Below, piece after piece: positions 36,026 through 37,805 of a stretch of 37,805 nucleotides of DNA (position 1 is the first letter of the stretch; the number at the start of each line of letters is the position of its first letter). A model generated the notes under the pieces. The model saw nothing but the letters and a program-made list of their open reading frames with translations. It searched no databases and was not told the origin of the DNA. The translations under genes and the position numbers were made by a program. The DNA comes from a virus. Lineage: Duplodnaviria > Caudoviricetes. Location: positions 1-37,805 of the IMG/VR virus record IMGVR_UViG_3300028840_001668, one strand, 5' to 3'.

Positions 36026-36236
36026 CGTACACTGAATCTTTTATTATATCCGCAGCTCTTTCTAAACCATGCTTTTTAATAAGCATTTCTGTATAATCAA
36101 AAGTAAGCCTTGTAATAAGCCCTTCATCTCTTATAAACTCTATTTGTTTCTTCGCATACCTTTCCCATACAGTAAATCTTTCCCCAAACTCTGCTCTAAG
36201 CAAATCACATAACGATTCTATTCTATTCGCTTCCAT
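35982..36236 (-). CDS. Hypothetical protein (paralog of the 34121..34507 N-terminus)
   Basis: GAGG RBS; pattern similarity described in findings. Confidence 0.6.
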   Translation of the reverse strand: MEANRIESLCDLLRAEFGERFTVWERYAKKQIEFIRDEGLITRLTFDYTEMLIKKHGLERAADIIKDSVYDAHKNKLFGSQWET

Positions 36237-36249
36237 ATAGCCTCTTTTG

Positions 36250-36471
36250 CTATGTGTGTATAAATGTATAATTCTCTCTATTATCTCTTGGGAAAAGAAT
36301 ACTAATACTAAAAGGAGAATCTTGATAAATTGTGTACGTTACATTTAGTATAAAATCTCCTCCTATTGTCTTCACAAAAGTCCAACCAATTATTTCTGAA
36401 TAAACAACATTACTTTTATCTAAAATAGACTTCGCTTTTTCTTCTATGGCTTCTACCATTTCGTCTATCAT
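36250..36471 (-). CDS. Hypothetical protein
   Basis: 73-aa operon ORF. Confidence 0.55.
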   Translation of the reverse strand: MIDEMVEAIEEKAKSILDKSNVVYSEIIGWTFVKTIGGDFILNVTYTIYQDSPFSISILFPRDNRENYTFIHT

Positions 36472-36495
36472 GCTTCTTTCCTACCCTTTTATAAA

Positions 36496-36684
36496 TTAAT
36501 TAGGAACCTGCATTGCCTTTATAAGCATTAAATCCAGTTCTAATTCTTCCTTTTGTCTTTTTAGATCCTCAATTTCTTGTTTAAGTTTATCCCTATGTCT
36601 TGTAATGATCCTATTCCTAACAAGCAACAAACTCTTTTTGTTTTTTAGCTGTAAAACAAAAGCCTTTCTTATATGATCGTGCAT
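36496..36684 (-). CDS. Small coiled-coil protein
   Basis: 62 aa with a leucine-zipper-like C-half; the start may lie slightly upstream. Confidence 0.5.
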   Translation of the reverse strand: MHDHIRKAFVLQLKNKKSLLLVRNRIITRHRDKLKQEIEDLKRQKEELELDLMLIKAMQVPN

Positions 36685-36695
36685 ACGTTAGCCAT

Positions 36696-36896
36696 TCAAT
36701 TTTCCTCTTCGGAAAAACCTTTAGGTTTCCTCCCTCTCTTTTTAGGCATTGCCAACCTAAATTCTTTTAGTATTACAACCTGTCCATCTTTTATTTCTGC
36801 AAGCCCTTCTTCTTCACAATATGCACAAAGGTTAGTATTATCCTTTGCTGTTTTATAAAACTCTACTTGGCTAAGACAACACAAACACACAGGCAT
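36696..36896 (-). CDS. Small Zn-finger protein with AT-hook-like tail
   Basis: CLCC...CAYC and 'KKRGRKPK'; GGAGG RBS. Confidence 0.6.
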   Translation of the reverse strand: MPVCLCCLSQVEFYKTAKDNTNLCAYCEEEGLAEIKDGQVVILKEFRLAMPKKRGRKPKGFSEEEN

Positions 36897-36898
36897 TC

Positions 36899-37279
36899 TT
36901 AGCCCTCCAAGATTTGCCTTTCTTTTTGCAAATCTCTATTAATCGCATCTTCTGATTTAAACTTTTCTGGATATCTTGCAGCGAGCTTTGCGATGTTTCT
37001 TCCCATTACCTTATCCAAATCAACATCAAGAGCATCCGCAAAGAGTGCAATGTACCAAAACAAATCCCCTACTTCTTCTCTAAGGTTTATAAAGTCTAAT
37101 GCTTTTCCGTAAAAAATATGTGCCTTAATTTGGTCTGCAAATTCCCCTGCTTCTGTAACTAGCCCTAGGGAAGAATGTAAAAGCCTTATAAGTCTTGTAT
37201 TTTTTAAAAGCCTATCTTTTGCTTCTTTTGGGTCCGCCTCTGTCGATATAGCCTTAGGAACGTACTCACTAAATTTCAT
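36899..37279 (-). CDS. MazG-like nucleotide pyrophosphohydrolase
   Basis: 'LGLVTEAGEFADQIK...LREEVGDLFWYIA...NIAKLAARYPEKF' (ExxE...ExxD); start moved to MKFSEY (37279). Confidence 0.9.
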   Translation of the reverse strand: MKFSEYVPKAISTEADPKEAKDRLLKNTRLIRLLHSSLGLVTEAGEFADQIKAHIFYGKALDFINLREEVGDLFWYIALFADALDVDLDKVMGRNIAKLAARYPEKFKSEDAINRDLQKERQILEG

Positions 37280-37393
37280 GGCGTAACAGCCTTTCTTTTT
37301 AATAGGAAGAACAGTAAACGGTCTTTTGAGGAAAGGCAAAAGACTTGTTCTTTTCGGTGTGTGAAAGATACTAGATGGCACACACATACGGAG

Positions 37394-37651
37394 CTACTGT
37401 TCTTCCTGTGTTTTTAATCTTTTCTCTATATAATCTACTGCATCTTTTACAGTTACAATATTTTCTGCCTCTTCATCTGTAATACAGAAATCAAAAGTAT
37501 CTTCAATCTCCATTATTATTTCTACTTTATCTAAGGAATCGCAATCAAGATCTAATGCAAAACTGCTTTCTTCTTTTATTCTTTCTACTCTTGTACCATT
37601 AATATCTTCTACTATCTGCTGTACCTGAACAAAGATATCTTTTCTATTCAT
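37394..37651 (-). CDS. acpP: Acyl carrier protein
   Basis: 85 aa, acidic; 'DLDCDSLDKVEIIMEIEDTFDFCITDEEAENIVTVKDAVDYI' with the phosphopantetheine Ser in DSLD; GAGGAGG RBS. Confidence 0.92.
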   Translation of the reverse strand: MNRKDIFVQVQQIVEDINGTRVERIKEESSFALDLDCDSLDKVEIIMEIEDTFDFCITDEEAENIVTVKDAVDYIEKRLKTQEEQ

Positions 37652-37669
37652 CTAATTGCCTCCTCTTTC

Positions 37670-37805
37670 TTACTGAACTGTCTGTTTGGCGATTTTTTGA
37701 AACAAAAGCGTAAGCCTCTGTTGTTCTTCTACTGGTCTTTTTAATATCTGCCCTCTCACTCTTTCTGCAGATCCTATAAGCAAAACAAGAAGGCTAAAAA
37801 CCTGT
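37670..37805 (-). CDS. Hypothetical protein (partial, C-terminus only)
   Basis: Open frame from the right edge to TAA at 37670 (QVFSLLVLLIGSAERVRGQILKRPVEEQQRL...). Confidence 0.5.
   Translation of the reverse strand, partial: QVFSLLVLLIGSAERVRGQILKRPVEEQQRLTLLFQKIAKQTVQ

Noticed and set aside
1-37805. Alternative genetic code, CRISPR array, DGR, integrase/att site, terminase, introns/inteins
   Set aside because: Core genes are full length in code 11 with TAG and TGA used as stops; no repeat-spacer array, reverse transcriptase, recombinase, terminase motifs or intein signatures were seen

Overview
This window is a 37.8-kb piece of a bacterial myovirus (contractile-tailed Caudoviricetes) genome, with essentially all real genes on the minus strand. 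Read in transcription order (right to left), it has four parts. (1) A block of small early/accessory genes (37.8-31.3 kb): an acyl carrier protein, a MazG-like pyrophosphohydrolase, a YkgJ-type Cys-cluster protein, a stand-alone SLOG (DUF2493-like) protein, many small Cys-rich (Zn-finger-like) proteins and an MmcB-like nuclease. A ~1.2-kb mostly non-coding structured region interrupts this block, and tRNA-Thr(UGU) follows it. (2) A ~9-kb cluster of fibre/decoration-like genes, a permuted NlpC/P60 enzyme and an ASCH-like protein, sitting where a terminase would normally precede the portal (30.6-21.5 kb). (3) A PBSX-like head module: XkdE-type portal, MuF minor head protein fused to a HExxH metallopeptidase with a coupled small Cys/His partner gene, XkdF-type protease, scaffold, and an XkdG-like major capsid protein with a domain insertion. 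(4) Neck genes and an eCIS/T4-gp19-type tail: sheath, tube, chaperone with a TTTTTTG -1 frameshift, tape measure, tube initiator, tail-X/LysM-like protein, gpD hub and gpV/gp5 spike. The most notable observations are an apparently split prohead protease whose last catalytic strand sits on the scaffold N-terminus (with a nested scaffold start), the MuF-zincin/partner pair, modular insertions shared among virion proteins, and the ACP-MazG-SLOG cluster. All family assignments are from motif recognition by eye; no searches were run.
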